64,000 nucleotides of DNA from assembly GCA_002245135.1 (NCBI GenBank), contig NGBS01001190.1, forward strand, positions 1 through 64,000, written 5' to 3'. The position numbers and the translations under genes are program-made. Source of the DNA: Proteromonas lacertae (lineage: Eukaryota). Within the stretch, counting starts at the first letter, position 1, and the number at the start of each line of letters is the position of its first letter. This document shows positions 16,526-31,800 of the stretch, piece after piece. Below the pieces are notes generated by a model that saw only the letters and a program-made list of their open reading frames with translations, was not told the origin of the DNA and did no database searches.

Positions 16526-19308
16526 ATGGCAGAAGAACAGGAATGCTCATTGATCATCTTCCAGAATACAAGAACTGACTATCCATCCATTTCTGAGCTT
16601 GAAGCTGGAATTAAAGACAATGATCCAAAAAAGAAGCAATGGGCATTGAAGCAAGCAATTGTTGGAGTTTCAAATGGAGAAGATTATGATAGAATTCTTA
16701 TGGTAGTAATTAGTTATTGCGCTCACTGTCCAGATCACATGGTTTTGAAATTAGTTTGTTTGTATATTTTTAATTCAATATATATATTAAAAATAGATTC
16801 TTCGAAGTAATAAACAAATACAAGCCAGACGGAACATTAAAAGAAGAAATGATTTTAGTCTGTAATGCTTTACAGAACGATCTAAACCATCCAAACGAAT
16901 ACATCCGTGGAGCAACATTAAGATTCTTATGTAGAATTAGAGAAGCTGAAATCATGAGAGCATTAATCGTTCCAATCAAGGATAACTTAACTCACCGTCA
17001 CTCTTATGTAAGAAAAAACGCAGTTATGACAGTCTATTACATCTACAAGAACTTTGGTGATTCAGTAATGCCAGATGCTCCCGATTTAATTCAAGATGTA
17101 ATTGTGAATGAAACTGATATAAGTGCAAGAAGAAATGCATTTTTAATGTTATTCAACACCAACCAACAAATGGCTATTCAATTCATGTTAGAGAATTTAG
17201 ATAAAATCACAACTTATGGTGATGGTTTCCAAATTTTGGCACTTGAATTGATTCGTCGAGCCTGTAAAGATGACCCATCCTACTCACCTCGATTTGTCAA
17301 AATCTTATTGTATTTACTAAACAACATGAGTAATACAGTCGCATTTGAAGCAGCAAGTACTTTAATTATGTTGTCATCAGGAACCTCAAACGTACAATCA
17401 GCTGTAGAAACAATGATTCAAATAATGATCTCTGAAACTGACAATAATGTCAAATTAATTGTACTTAACCGTATTGATGTATTAAAGAATCATTACCAAC
17501 GTACATTACAAAGTTTAGCCTTAGAAATCCTTCGAGGATTAAATGCACCGAATGAAGATGTAAGAAAGAAGATATTAGATATAGTTGTAGACTTAACTTG
17601 TAGTAAAAACATTGATCAAGTTGTAGATGTATTAAAGAAACAAATGATGAATGCATTAGATGAACAGAATGATGAAGGAGCTGGTAATTTCAGGCAATTA
17701 TTAATTGATGCAATTCATAAATGTGCATTTAAATTCCCTCATGTTGCTAAGACAATTGTGTTAATATTAATGAATTTCTTACCAGATAAAGGTGCAATCA
17801 ATGTAATGAACTTTGTTAAAGAGATATTGTATCAATACCCTGAGAGTAGAAGTGAAATTATTAAGAAACTATTAGAAATGTTCAGTGTGATAGTTGATCA
17901 AGAAGTTTATCATATTGCTTTATATTCATTAGGATATTATTGTAATAAACAAGATGAGATAGTAGATGCATTGTATAATATATTACATTCCTGTGAAACT
18001 CCAGAACCTATTATTACAGAGACACGAAGTGAAGATAATCCTGATGAAGTAACTACAGTAAGAACAGAACAACCATCTCCACCATTAAGATCCTTATTAG
18101 ATAAAGGTGATATATACTTAGGAAGTAGTGTAATAGTTGCATTAACTAAACTATTAATAAAATATTATAAAATAGTTGGAGATGCTGATGCTAAAGCTAA
18201 AGATATAACAGTTCAAGTATTATTATTAGCATGTAATATACTACAAACTAAAGATGCAGATATCACTACTGAAAGAGAAAGAGTTTCATTATGTATTAAT
18301 TTATTATTAAAACCTGATTTAAGAGCAAGTGTAAGTGAAGATTTCTTGAAGAGTACCGATATACTACCAGAAAAAGTCAATAAAGATGATGAAAAAGATA
18401 AGAAAGGATTTATTATTAGAAAAAGAAAAGAAACCAAAAGAAGATTATGATAGTTTAATTAATTTCAGACAATTGAGAGGTAGAAGATTATTAGGTTTAA
18501 TTGACTTGGATTTAGATGATGAAAATGTTATTCAAAAAGTGACTCAATTACAGAAATTACATAAAAGCAACTAGTAATAATAAAGAAGTAGATGCAGGTG
18601 GTATTTATCAATTAACTGGTTTTAGTGATCCAATCTATGTAGAAGCACATTTAAAGATTCATGGTTTTGATACTATCTTAGATTTCTTCGTCACAAACCG
18701 TACTGAAGATACTTTAACAGATGTAACTATAGAATTAGCAGCTAAAGGTGATATGAAGATTGTAGAACGTCCTCCTAGTTTTACATTACCACCTAAAGCA
18801 TTGTATAAGACTAGAGCTAGTATGAAAGTGCTCAAGCACTGAGACAAGCCATATATTTGGTAATATGGTATTTACACCTTCTTCCAGAGCAATGAATATA
18901 TATTTGAACTTGAGTGATATTAAGATTGATGTAATGGAGTATATCTATGCTAGTGAATGCTCAGATGCTGATTTCAGAAAGATGTGGGCAGCTTTTGAAT
19001 GGGAAAATAAAGTTTGTGTTGTTACTCATATTAATAATATTTATGATTATTTGAATCATATTGTTAATATTACTAACACAAAGTGTTTAACTCCCTTGAC
19101 TAAGATTAACGGTCCAACTCAATTCTTAGCTGCTAATTTGTACGCTAAGACAATATTTGGTGAAGATGCTTTGATTAATTTGAGTATTGCCCAAACTGAG
19201 AATAAAGTAATAACTGGTAATATTCGAATAAGAAGTAAAACTCAAGGAATTGCATTGAGTTTAGGTGATAGAATTACTTCTAAACAAGGTAAAGTGGAAG
19301 ATATATAA
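16526..19308 (+). CDS. COPB1: Coatomer subunit beta; three +1 frame breaks in the 3' third
   Basis: MILVCNALQNDLNHPNEYIRGATLRFL, QLTGFSDPIYVE, FRKMWAAFEWENKV, IRIRSKTQGIALSLGDRI. One 5' intron at about 16762-16796. Confidence 0.95.
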
Positions 19309-19426
19309 AAATGGCTCTTATTATTGCTATTACTAATTCAAATTGATATATATATGAATTTTTGTTTTTTGTTTTGAATTAAGAGAGTATATTATTATTA
19401 ATAAATATAATATTGTTATTTTTAAA

Positions 19427-19961
19427 CTAGAAAATATCTTCATTTTCTATAAGACGAGGTTTTTTATGTAGTTGTTTGAGTAAAACATCTTCTTCTTCTA
19501 ATCCTGCTTTCTTTTTCTTCCTTTGCTTCTATTTCTGCTTGTCTTTTCAATTGATAAAACTCATTTATTAATTCTTCTTCATCAGATTCCTATTTATAAA
19601 TGAAAAATAAACAAATACTTCCCTTGTATCTTGCTTTGGTGGTTCTGGAGATTTAGATCTTTCTCTTTTATGAATGTGATTAAAATATTCATTTTTCTAA
19701 TGTTATAAAACATCTATAGCTATACATCTTCTTTTGGTTCTTCAACTTTTAAAAATTCAGGAGTTTCTGTTGATGAAAGCAAATCTAATGCACTTGGTAA
19801 TTTTGATTTCTTTGTATTATTATTCTTTTCTTCCTAAATTTACTAAATCCTTGTAATCATACTTTTTTATCTTTCTTTTCTATTATTTCTTCTTTAGTTG
19901 CCTCCTTCTCTTTTTCTGAATCCGAATCAGAGCCTGAACCATATCCTGCCAAGAGATTCAT
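19427..19961 (-). CDS. Small charged hypothetical protein (3 introns)
   Basis: MNLLAGYGSGSDSDSE..KLPSALDLL.. spliced through GT-AG introns. Probable +1 break near 19523. Confidence 0.6.
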
Positions 19962-20066
19962 CGATTATAAATGTCAAGTTTCAGCTTGATTCTCTTTTGT
20001 TTAATTGTATTTTTCTCATTAAATAAAACATATTATTGAATATTACATAAATAAATTATATAAAAA

Positions 20067-21324
20067 TCACTGTTCTTCAGAACTACTAGCAACTTCTAAA
20101 TTCTTTACTTGTAAAGCAACTAAATCTGCTAAAGCACCTGTATCATCCCATCCAGCAAATATCAAAATATGTGCACCTACTTGAATCATACTATGTCCAT
20201 AACGAGGAGGACATGGTCTCTCAACCGATTCTGGAATTCTCCACTCAAAGGTATCTACATTCAATACTCTCATATATGGCAATTGTATCGGTTCCATAGG
20301 ATCTTTACTATCTTCAGCACGTAATAAACTCCTTCCTAATATACAATCAGGTTGATGAGCAGGTCCAGCGTTTCTTCCTTTACTTTGAACAACACCACAT
20401 ATAATACACTTCTCTACACCAGTCCATCCACCAAATACAACTAATTGATTATCAAACAACAGGCTTGTACAACCCATAGCTGGAATCATCATATCACCCA
20501 TCACACGCGGCCTTTCCCATGTCATTGTCTCTGTATTTAATTGCACCAAATCTCTTAAATACGTAGGAAATCCTTTCTCTAAGTGACATCCTGCAATAAT
20601 TAAGATTCTCCCATCGTGAGTTAAATTCATCACATGATTATAACGGCTAAGTGGTGGTTTACCTTCTACTACTGGATTCATCCATGAAGCATTCTCTGTA
20701 TTGAAAACCCAAAAATCATCAAATGTTTTATTTCCGTTATAACCTCCAAACATCGCCATTCTTGTTCCAACCATTACACAAGTGTGGCCCATACGTGGCA
20801 AAGGTGAAGATGTGGATGTTGACACTTTGGCCCATATATATGTATCTAAATCAAGAACGTAAATATCATTTAAATATTTATTCTTTTCTGTCCTTCCACC
20901 GAATATAAAGATTCTTGAACCTAACATACATAAGGAATGGCCATATCTGGGAGGAGGTATATCACCATGACAACGAACCTTTCTCCATACTAATGTTTCT
21001 ACTTCTAATGCACATAAGTCATTCAAATACACAAATTTATCTATATTATTATTATAATTATTATTATTATATAATATATACCTTTTCCTTCGTAGTAATG
21101 GCCAGCAAATATATACATATTGGAACCATACAAAAATGCGGAATGCCCACCACGTGCAGATGGTGGTGGTCCTGTTGTAATTGGTCTACTCCATATAAAT
21201 GGTAGATCTACAGATTTATTCAATTTGATATATACTTGATAATTCATTGGTTTCTTCTTCTGCATTTTCATATTCTTCACCACCTTGTTCATTTTCTTCA
21301 TCATAATAACCTATATCCCTCCAT
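20067..21324 (-). CDS. Kelch-repeat beta-propeller protein (KLHDC/RABEPK/HCF-like)
   Basis: Repeated PPPRYGHS / IFGG / YLND / W kelch motifs, 2 introns, acidic N-terminus. One extra G at about 21318. Confidence 0.85.
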
Positions 21325-21709
21325 TATTTTAAAAAAACGTTATTTTATATCAAACTATAGGAATCAAGCCTACATCATTCTTTTTTAATTGATATTAAAA
21401 CTATACTTTATTTTGTTATTACAGTAACATGGTGGATTGCATTAAATACACTCTTTTACTTGTTGTACTCTAATTACCAACCATTCACTTATGTAATCCT
21501 CATATACAACTCGTTTTACCAATTTATTCTATAATTACCTTTTATTTCATTAGATTGGATGATAATTAATTTTTATATAAACTTTTCATACTAATAACCT
21601 ATATTCTTATTTAAATCATAAAACAACAAAATAAACATATTAAAATAAACAAAAGAGTTAATAACAACTATAATAAAGAGAAATGTCAAAATGAAAATAA
21701 AAAAATCAT

Positions 21710-24700
21710 CTATTTTTGATTTTCACACCAAATTCTTGCATTTTGGAAGGCTTTAATCCAAGGAGAAGCTTTAAATTCTCTCATTTCACTTGGTTGCCAA
21801 GGCCATTGCCATTGAAGGAATGTTCGTTCAAGATGAGGCATTAAACATAAATGTCGACCATCAGCTGTACATAATCCAGCTATACCATCAATTGAACCAT
21901 TTGGATTGAATGGATACACAGTTGTAGCTTTACCATCATCATCTACATAACTCAAAGGAATTAAATGTTTACTTTTCACATCTTCATAGATTGATTTATC
22001 AGGGAAATAACAATTACCTTCACCATGAGCAACCCAAACACCTAAAACTGATCCTTCCATATCTTTCAACATTATTGAAGGAGAATTCTCTACTTTAAGA
22101 GCTACAAATCGAGATTCAAATCTACCAGATACATTGTGAATAAATCGAGGTTGTTTTTCTAATGGAATTCCTTGATAAGGCACTAAACCTAATAATGCCA
22201 TTAATTGGCAACCATTACATACACCTAATGAAAATGTATCTTTTCGATTGTAAAACTGTTGGATTTGGTCTCTTGTTGATTTGTTGAATTTTATCATTCC
22301 AGCCCAACCTTTTGCACTATCTAATACATCAGCATTTGCAAAACCACCTACAAATACTAAACCACTAAATACATCTAATTTTATTCTATTCTCTACTATA
22401 TCAGATACTGTTACATCCCAAGGCTCGAATCCAGCTTGATAAAATGCACTACTCATTTCTCTATCACCATTACTACCTTCTTGTCTTAATATACATACTT
22501 TCAATTTATTACTACTATTCAATATTGAATCAGCAGTAGGTTCAGGTATAAATGTTGCATGGTATGGTGGTGGTCTTCGAGTTAATAAACCTTTCTCTTC
22601 TTCATCTACACACTCAGGATTACGTTGTAATCTTTCTAATTGGAAGGATGTAGCTTCCCAAATATTTCTTAACTTTGGCATATTCATACTTTCACTATCA
22701 CCTAATACTTCACCATTATAACATATTGAAATTGTCATATCAGTTGTTGGATAACCAATATCTATAGCTTTCAAACCATGATTTTTGAAACTTTCTACTA
22801 CTTTATCAATATTACATGTTTCTACTTCGATCACTATACCTAATTCTTCATTAAAGAAGTAATTCAATAAATCGACATTGAAATTCGTTATATTCAACTT
22901 TAAACCACAATTACCAGCAAATGCCATTTCACAGATACATGTTATTAAACCACCATCACTTCGATCATGTCCACTCAATATTAAATGATTAAATATCAAA
23001 TTTTGAACTGTATCAAAACAGTTTCTTAACATTGTTGCATCATCTAAATCAGGACATTCATCTCCTAATTGATTATAAACTTGAGCTAAAGCTGTACATC
23101 CTAATCGATGATGATTATTTGATAAATCAATAAATAATATATGAGATTTACTACCATCATTACTTGCTAATTTTATATCAGGAGTTATTATTAATGATAA
23201 ATCAGGAACACCTGCATAACATGATAACACTAAAGTTCCAGGAGCTTTAACAATCTCACGATTACTTAATGACGCTGCCATTGACAAACTATCTTTACCA
23301 CCATCAATTGAGATTCCTAATTTCACCATTGAATCATGTAAAGCTTGACAAGCATCATACATTGCAGCAGCTTCACCTGGTAGTTTAGCTGCCCACATCC
23401 AGTTACCACTACATTTTATATATTCAATATGTTCGATATAAGCCCACATCATGTTAGTTACTGCTTCACCTAATGTTAATCGAGCCATTGCGGAGGGATT
23501 TAATAGACTTTTTAATGGTTGTTCACCAATTGATACTGCACAACCAGTATTACTAAAGTGACTTTGAGCCATTACTGCTACATCACATAATGGAATATGT
23601 AATGGACCAACACATTGTTGTTGTCTTACTAATCCTGTTACACATCTATCAACTTTACTTGTTAAGAATCTTTTTGAACCAACTTGTATTAATCGAAATA
23701 CTTTATCTATTGCATTGTAGAGTGTAATATTTTCAGGTAATGATAATGGTTTACTTGGAATTGGTTGATGTTTATCAATGAATGTTTTAGCTGGTAATTC
23801 ACCTAATACATGTTTCAAATCCATATCTACATCATTCTTACCAGTTTTACTATCATAAACTACAATTCTACCATCACCAGTAACTTCACCTAAAAACATA
23901 ACAGGTACATTTTCTCTTTTACATATATTTTGTAATAATTCTTTCTTATCAGGATTAATTAACAAACAATCATTCTCTTGGAATTCTGCCCCCCACATTT
24001 CTAAAACTGATAATGTATCATCACCTACTAATACGTTTCTAATATCAATCTTTGCACCAGCAGGATTACAGATTTCTTTCACTACATTACCATTTCCACC
24101 AGCACCTTGATCATGGATACTGACTATTGGATTGTCTTTACCCATCTCTATACATGCTCTTAATGCTCTATTCATCTTATTCTCCATCTCAGCATCTCCT
24201 CTTTGAACTGCATCAAAGTCTAATTTAGCCATTGATGAATCTTGTACTCTGGAACTAGCTGCACCACCTCCTAAGCCAATTCTATAAGCTGGACCACCTA
24301 TTTTGACGATTAACATTCCCTTCTTTGGTTCAGATTTGTATAAATGAATATCTCTTAATTGACCATAACCTCCACTAAACATAATTGGTTTTAACCATTC
24401 TCTTCTTTCACCATTTGATAATTTCATACCAAATGAACGAGTAAACCCTGATAATACAGGTTCACCGTATTTGTTACCATAATCAGAAGCACCATTACTT
24501 GCTTCTATTTCGATTTGTAAAGGCGAGGCTAAATTGTTAGGATATTCCCATTTATCTCCACCATCATTATTTTCCCAATCTAAATCATAATCAGGAATAT
24601 GTAAATTACCTACGCAATAACCAGCCATACCTGCAGTAACATTAGCTCCAATACCTGTTGCTTGTACATCTCTAATTCTTCCACCAGTACCTGTTTCTGC

Positions 24701-25749
24701 ACCTGCAAATGGAGCTACTCCTGATGGAAAGTTATGAGTTTCTGCAGAGAGTAATAAATGGCTCATATAATGTTGTTTTTCTAATTTTGAGGGTTGTCCT
24801 GGTTGAGATGGTAAGATTGTATCAATTTCATATCCTTTAATTGCACTGGAATTATCATTATAAGCAATAACACTGTTATTTCCATGTGGTAATTTTCTAG
24901 CTTCAACTAAAGTGTCTTTCACTAATTTGAACAAGGTTTTATCCTTTAATTTTCCATCAATATTCATATTTCCACCAAAGAACCAATGTCGACAATGTTC
25001 ACTGTTAGATTGAGCTAAATCGAAACATTCAACATCTGTTGGATTTCTTTTGAAATCGTTAATAAATAAGTTTGTGTAGTATTCTAAATCTTGATCATCA
25101 AAGGATAAACCTAATTCATCGTTGATTTGTTGCAGTGCTTTTTTACCTTCTGTTAAAACTGGAATTGTCTTTGTTTCTTTGGCTACCATTCCTGTTTTGA
25201 AGGTTTTTAAAGTTTCTGGATAAGGTTGTTCTGTCATACGGTCATGTACATGGGATATAAAACTATCTACTACTTCTTTAGGTAATACAGTGGAGGAATG
25301 AAGGAGATATCTTCTAGATCTTTCTATACGACTGATTTTTGTAAGACCACATGAATGTAAAATTGATACCTATTGTATTATTATTGTGAATTGTTAATAT
25401 ACTGCATTGGTAGACCATGCTGTTGAGAAATTCATACGTGGTCCGACTTCTACAATGATTTCTTTATCACCTTTTGCTTCCAAGCATGTCGATTCTTTCA
25501 AACCATCTGGAATAAAAGTTTCTTTCAATAACCAAGATAATGACTCTTTTTCTTCTGCTATCAACTCTCCTTCAATCTTCATGTTGAAACAGAATTCTGT
25601 ATCAATTGATTGAATCTCCTTACTAACCAATCTTTGAACAGATCTAAGAAGGGAAGAGCAAGCAGAGTCTGTCAATCCTGGATGACGATATAAATGATAT
25701 AATTCGCTATTTTATTACATTAAAAACAAAATAATCTATACCCGTTCAT
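21710..25749 (-). CDS. PFAS: Phosphoribosylformylglycinamidine synthase (large PurL type), 2 introns
   Basis: EVGPRMNFSTAWSTNAV, AQSNSEHCRHWFF, AETHNFP, GVCNGCQ glutaminase nucleophile, MPHLER. First exon ATG at 25749 splices in frame. Confidence 0.97.
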
Positions 25750-25872
25750 GATATGAAGCAAAAAATGAAATGCAATAAGTTTGACAAATGCTTGACAAAT
25801 CTTAATTTTTTTAATTTTCTACCTAAATACTTGTTCAGATAATATATAACCGTTAAATACTGTTGCAATAAT

Positions 25873-26359
25873 ATGAGTATAATAGATCAAAAACTAGAAA
25901 ATGACATTAATGAGAAAAATAAATTGATAGATGGTGAAAGTGTGTACAGAACTATGAAAAGGAACATACCAAGTCATGGAAAAGTGTCTAAAGAGATAAA
26001 AGACGCAGTGAGTGATTGTGTTTGTGATTTCATCAAATTTGTAACTTGTGAATATCATTTTATATAGTTATAAATGAATATTAGCTGTTCCTTAATTAGA
26101 AACAGCAAGTGATATTTGTTTGAAGGATAGAAGAATGAGAGTAAGTGGAGATGATATAATAAACGCATTATCAGGTTTAGGATTTGGAAAATATACAGAT
26201 GTGTTAAATATATATTTACAAAAGTACAGAGAAGTTAATCATTTTGATGAAAAAGAATTAACTCTAGATGAGAGTGTAGATGATTCACCATCATTTGGTT
26301 CTTCATTGGATGTATATGTTATTATTAATGAATTATCATAGTTTAATGAGTATAATTAG
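25873..26359 (+). CDS. NFYB: Nuclear transcription factor Y subunit B-like histone-fold protein
   Basis: RTMKRNIP..KVSKEIKDAVSDCVCDFIKFVTCE|ASDIC..R.RVSGDDIINAL..LGF. Intron 1 is AT-AC (26052-26103), intron 2 is GT-AG. Confidence 0.85.
26052..26103 (+). other. U12-type AT-AC intron (52 nt) in NF-YB
   Basis: 5' ATATCATTT, branch point TTCCTTAAT, 3' AC. Removal restores conserved FVTCE-ASD in frame. Confidence 0.9.
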
Positions 26360-26583
26360 ATGAATAATTAATTAATTTTGTACATTTGTTGTTCATTTGA
26401 TGAAGAATAAAAACAAAATATTTTAATAATTAACATTCCAGAATTCTTTTGATGATTCTTTCTTTTCTTCTTCAGAAATTCCATCTAAGTATATTTTGCA
26501 ATAATATATTTATTTTTAGCCGAACAGATGATGAAATACACAATAAATGTTATAAAACTCATATTAAAGTATTAATATTAATA

Positions 26584-28816
26584 TTACTCAGAAGATATGA
26601 TTGAATTCAGTTTATTAATTATATTATCAACATCTTTCAAATTTACAGTTCTTTCTGCTTCTATATCAAATAATTTTCCTCTTTTATTAGATATAGTAGA
26701 AGCTGATCTTGGTCTATAATTATCAAGGCATTTTGTCAAAGTATTCGTTGGAGGTAGTGTTTTTAGCCAATTAAAATAATAATCATCAGATAATTTTCTA
26801 TTATCATTGTTCTCATCAAAAGATAATGATTTTTTATGAGCAGAAACAATATTTGTAGTTGTTTGTGCTCGAAGTATCTTATTAACTTGTTGATTAGATG
26901 GAGGTAACATTCCTGTTGATAAATGTTTAGAATTTATTGTTTTTTTCATTTTACTAAACAATTCTGGTTCAGATTGATCATCTCGAACATTAATACTCAA
27001 ACTATCAGCTCGACTACTTAAATTATTAGGAACAGATTGGTTACTAACATTGGAGGATCTTCTAGACATAGGAGTTGAATGATTATTATTATTATTATTA
27101 TTCATTTCATTAAGATTTGTTGAAGATGAAGTTGGTTTTAATAATCTTGATTGTATTCTTGAATTACTACCACTGTTGCTACTAGATAGCTTTTGTGAAG
27201 ATGATAAATTATTATTATTAACATTGGAAGTTAATGATATTGTTTTCTTTAGTTTATTTACCAACATATCAGTTTCTTGATTCTTTATATTCAGATTTTC
27301 ATAATCTAATAATAAAGATTGATATTTCTGTTCAATTGTGTTCAATTTTTGTTTTGTATTTGATAAATCACTTTGTAATATATTCTTATCATTCTTCAAA
27401 GATTCATTCATTGATATTAAATCATTTATTTTGATTTTACAATTATCAATATCTCTCTGTAGTTGTACTATCTCACTTTCGTTTCTTCTTCTTCTTTTAT
27501 TCATATCATTTTGTGCTAATCTTAAAGCAGTCTCTTTCTCTCGATTGATTTGTTCTATTTTTGATTGATATTGTTGTAATTGATCTTCTATACTTACTAT
27601 ATATTTCTTTAACTTCGAATTTTCTTCTTTCATATTCTTATATTCTACCATCTGTTTTGTTGATCCTAAACTAATATTTCTTGCTCTTGATGCGAAGTTT
27701 AAAGTGCTTTGAGTTTCGTTCCATGTATCTTCAAGTGTTCTCACTGTACATATCATTATGGTCTTTGATCCTGGACTTAGTGCATCTTTTAATGAGAATG
27801 TTAATTTACTATTTCTATAAGGAATGTGTTTAGATTTATTATCTAATGCATTGATTACTTCACCAAGACAGGAGAGAGATTTGTTTATATTTTGAGTTTC
27901 TATAAGTCTATTACCTTTTACACCTGATTTCTGAATATTTTCACTTCCAGCTAAATCAACTAAACTCATCTTACCATTGATTATTTTACTATTTATATCA
28001 GTATAACTGATTTCTATTGTCATTATACAATGTGATCTTGAACTATGTTCATGTATATTTGTACTAGCTGTTGATCTATTTTCATTACCAATTGAAAAGT
28101 ATTTTAATATATCATTTTGATCTCTTACTTCATAACTTGTTAATCCTTGAATGGCTGTTCCATTTTCAGTCGTTACTACATTTAATTTCACATTTTTACC
28201 ACCACTGTTATTATTATGAGTGTTTAATAAATCGATTATTTCTTCATTATATATCTCATACATTGATAAATTCATAGTTAAATCAATTCCTTTACTTTCA
28301 GATATAGTAAATATCTTATTAATTATACGAAAATTAATCCCCCAATTCGATTTATTTCCAATCATTGTATAAGTTTTACCACTGCCAGTTTGACCATAAG
28401 CTAATATACATATATTATATCCTTCTAATATTGAATTAGCACAATGTTCATATTCACTAAATACAGTCTCTTGAGAGTCATATGGTTGGAATATATGATC
28501 AAATGTATAAGATTTCCATGTGTTAGAATAATGGTCATAATATCCCAACACATTATTACTTAATACTTCTAAATATTTCTGTGCTGTTGTTGTTGTTAAT
28601 GATTGTTCTTCTGTTTCTTCTGGTTTTATTCGGATATATACTAAAATATTGCCTTTAATTGTTTGTATTCTGGATAATAGTTCGGTATTTTCTTTCTTTA
28701 ACATTGAATTCTCTTTTTGTAGGACTTCTACTGATGGATGAACATTTGACATGTTGTTTTTGACTATTGATGAAATTCTAGTGTGTAGTTGTTGAATATA
28801 ATTACTATCATATTTC

Positions 28817-28854
<38 letters not shown>

Positions 28855-31800
28855 TATATATATATATACATCTAATTTAGCTAGTTCATTGTATAGTAAT
28901 TCAGAGATTATATTACTATCTGAAGGCTTTAATCCTGGATTCATTATAGCATTTGCTGAATTTAACTATACAGATAATAGATAAGAATATACAATATTAT
29001 TCTCAGATTCTTTTATTGATAATTCAGATTGTGTATATAGTGGTATTGGTTGAAAATCAATAATAATTAATACACTCAAATTTGGATTAACCTCATAAGT
29101 TGATGTATAAGGTATTATTGTCTGCTGTAAAAAGTTCTTGATTGGGATATCTAACGGTTTGTTTTTTCCACTAACTATTCTCATTGAATCTATTGCATTA
29201 TGGAAGTAAACTGTAGAGATAAAAGAATCCCATTCTTTAAGAAATTCATCACTCTATTTATAGAATAATAATATTATTAATAATAAATATACTCCTATTT
29301 CATTCTTAAATTTTGGTACAGATGTTGGTTTATCAATAACAAGCCATTGATAATAACACAAATCAAATAATTTCAATACATTACCAGTTAATAGAAACAA
29401 ATAATAACAATTAGATTGACGAGTAAACATTGATGCATATAACACATGACTTGTATCTAATATCTGATATGGAACAGTACATTCACCAGCAGTAGTATAC
29501 ATATCAGTAGTTGGTATTGAATAGGTATCTTTATTATATAATAGTGAGATATATGATTGTGAATATCCTTGTACTTTGGAAATAAAACTACGCCAAGTTG
29601 AGTCTACTTTAGATCTATATTTATAAATATATAAATAATAAATATTTACATATACTTTGTTCCTAATAGTAAACTAATAGTATTTATATTCTTAACACCA
29701 CATAGATAATTATAAATACATCCATATGATGTTAGTAAACTAGATAATTCTTTATATATTTCTGAAGAAGCACCAGTTAATGAGGTTGAAATCATAAATG
29801 ATGGTGTATTTGAAGAAATAGTTGATGATGTAGTTGGTTGTGTTAGTTGAAATTGTGTACCTGTAAAAACATACTTTAATATTGTTATAACGAATTGTAA
29901 TTGGTCAAATTCTAATGCTACTAAATGACTACTATTGTTATATGATAAATACAAACATCTAATATAAAATACAACATAATAATATTATATATATATACTG
30001 TTGTAGGTTAATCTGTCTTGAGAATAATACAAAATATGTAAATGGTACTTTAATAGAATGAATTCTTTTAGTTGGAATATGTTGAATAAATATATAACAA
30101 CTGTATTTTGAGGTATTTATATATATTTCCATATCATATATATCCACTGTAGATGTGTTAGATTGATCAATTTCTCTTAGTTTTTGAGTCTATTAATAAT
30201 AATTGACAATAAAATATACATAATATCTATCTACATTAATACTTTGATTATCATGAAAAACACATATTAAATCAACTTTAGAATTAATAACAGCAGCTGT
30301 ATTCTTATCAAATAATGGGAAATTACGATAAGCTGGTAATATTGACTCAGTACACGATCTGATCAATTTACCACTGATTCTCTTTTGTATTTTAAAAAAA
30401 CTATCCGTTATATTCTTTTTTGAATAATAACTACTATATTCAACTGTCATATGGATATATCCATATGGAAATTGGAATGAATTTTTTAAATAATCTCTTG
30501 TTGAAGATACTGATAATTTCTGTCTCTGTGATTCATAGATGAAGTAATCTAATAATGTTTTCAAGGACATTGTTTCATTGATTGCATATAAATATGATAA
30601 GTTCTTTATTACAGCTGGTATGAGTTTATAATCGGTTAATATTTGGATCATTTCTGATAATGAATGTTCTTCATTTAATACTGATGAGGTTAATGATCTT
30701 AATGAAATAATCTAAACATAATAATATATATACATACTGTTTTATCAAAAGTAATTCCTCTTATTTTCTGTAGATAAGTATCTTGGCTATCAGCATCTAT
30801 ATATATATATACATTAATAATAATAATAATAATAATAATATTTATATACTTGTATTCATTTTATCAATATCTTGTTGTGAAAAATTCATTGTTATTGGAG
30901 AAAGTTTAATAGATTTACTATCTCTAGAATATACATATAATGAGTAAAAACCTTTGGTTTTTCTAACATATGTTGATGGTATTATATAATATTCACCTTG
31001 CGGAAATGTATAGGTTATAGAAACACTATCACTTGTAGAAAATCTATTAAAATATTATTTTAAAATATATACAATGGTAAATTACTATAATAATTATAAC
31101 CCCTTTTCAACACATATATACCAATTCCAACATTGTTACTAGATTGTGATTGAAATATTAGTTTAATCATTACAGTAGTTGATGGTTTACTAATAGTTAA
31201 TGAATATTGAGGATTCATATAAAATGTCGACATTAAAGCTGTACCACCACAATTCATATTCGACCAATCATCTATCAATGTAATAATAATAACAATAAAA
31301 CGGATATATATATATATATATATTATAAAAAATACTTTGGAACTTCAAGCAATTATTTGATGCATTATTATTATTCAATATGACATTATTATAATATATA
31401 TTAACATCAGTAAATATCTTCATATAATCATCAATAGCCATTAAGAACAAACCATCACTATATAACTGATATACTGAAGGATCACAATCTTCATTATTCT
31501 CAATATATAATTCACAATATGATTCTAATATCTTTGAATATTTCTCGTAGTTATTACTACTTTTACTCCAATTACCTTGCCATATTCCATAACCCCATGG
31601 ATTGTATAATAATATAAATTGGATTTGTTTATCATCTATTTTTATTAATTCAGTATTGAGAATGAAATAGATGTGATTTGGGATTAATCCATTCAAATTA
31701 TTATTATTATTGACTGTTGTTATATATGTAGATATAATTTGATTGGATAATTTGGATTTAAGAAATGTGAATAAGGATTTGTTATCGAAAATATTTTACA

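Noticed and set aside
18539..18566. 28-nt GT..AA non-canonical introns (also 45059-45086)
   Set aside because: A single extra A explains each break more simply, and there are no U12 signals.
5135..25237. Stop-codon reassignment suggested by fragmented ORFs and in-frame TAA/TAG at 60684 and ~54108
   Set aside because: The 1802-aa and 1175-aa ORFs contain no internal stops despite AT richness, and TAA and TAG end conserved genes. Introns explain the fragmentation.
26433..26587. Possible extra 3' exon(s) of the kinesin (GISEEEKKRIIKRILEC*)
   Set aside because: I could not find a splice path with consistent phase, so this is left unresolved.
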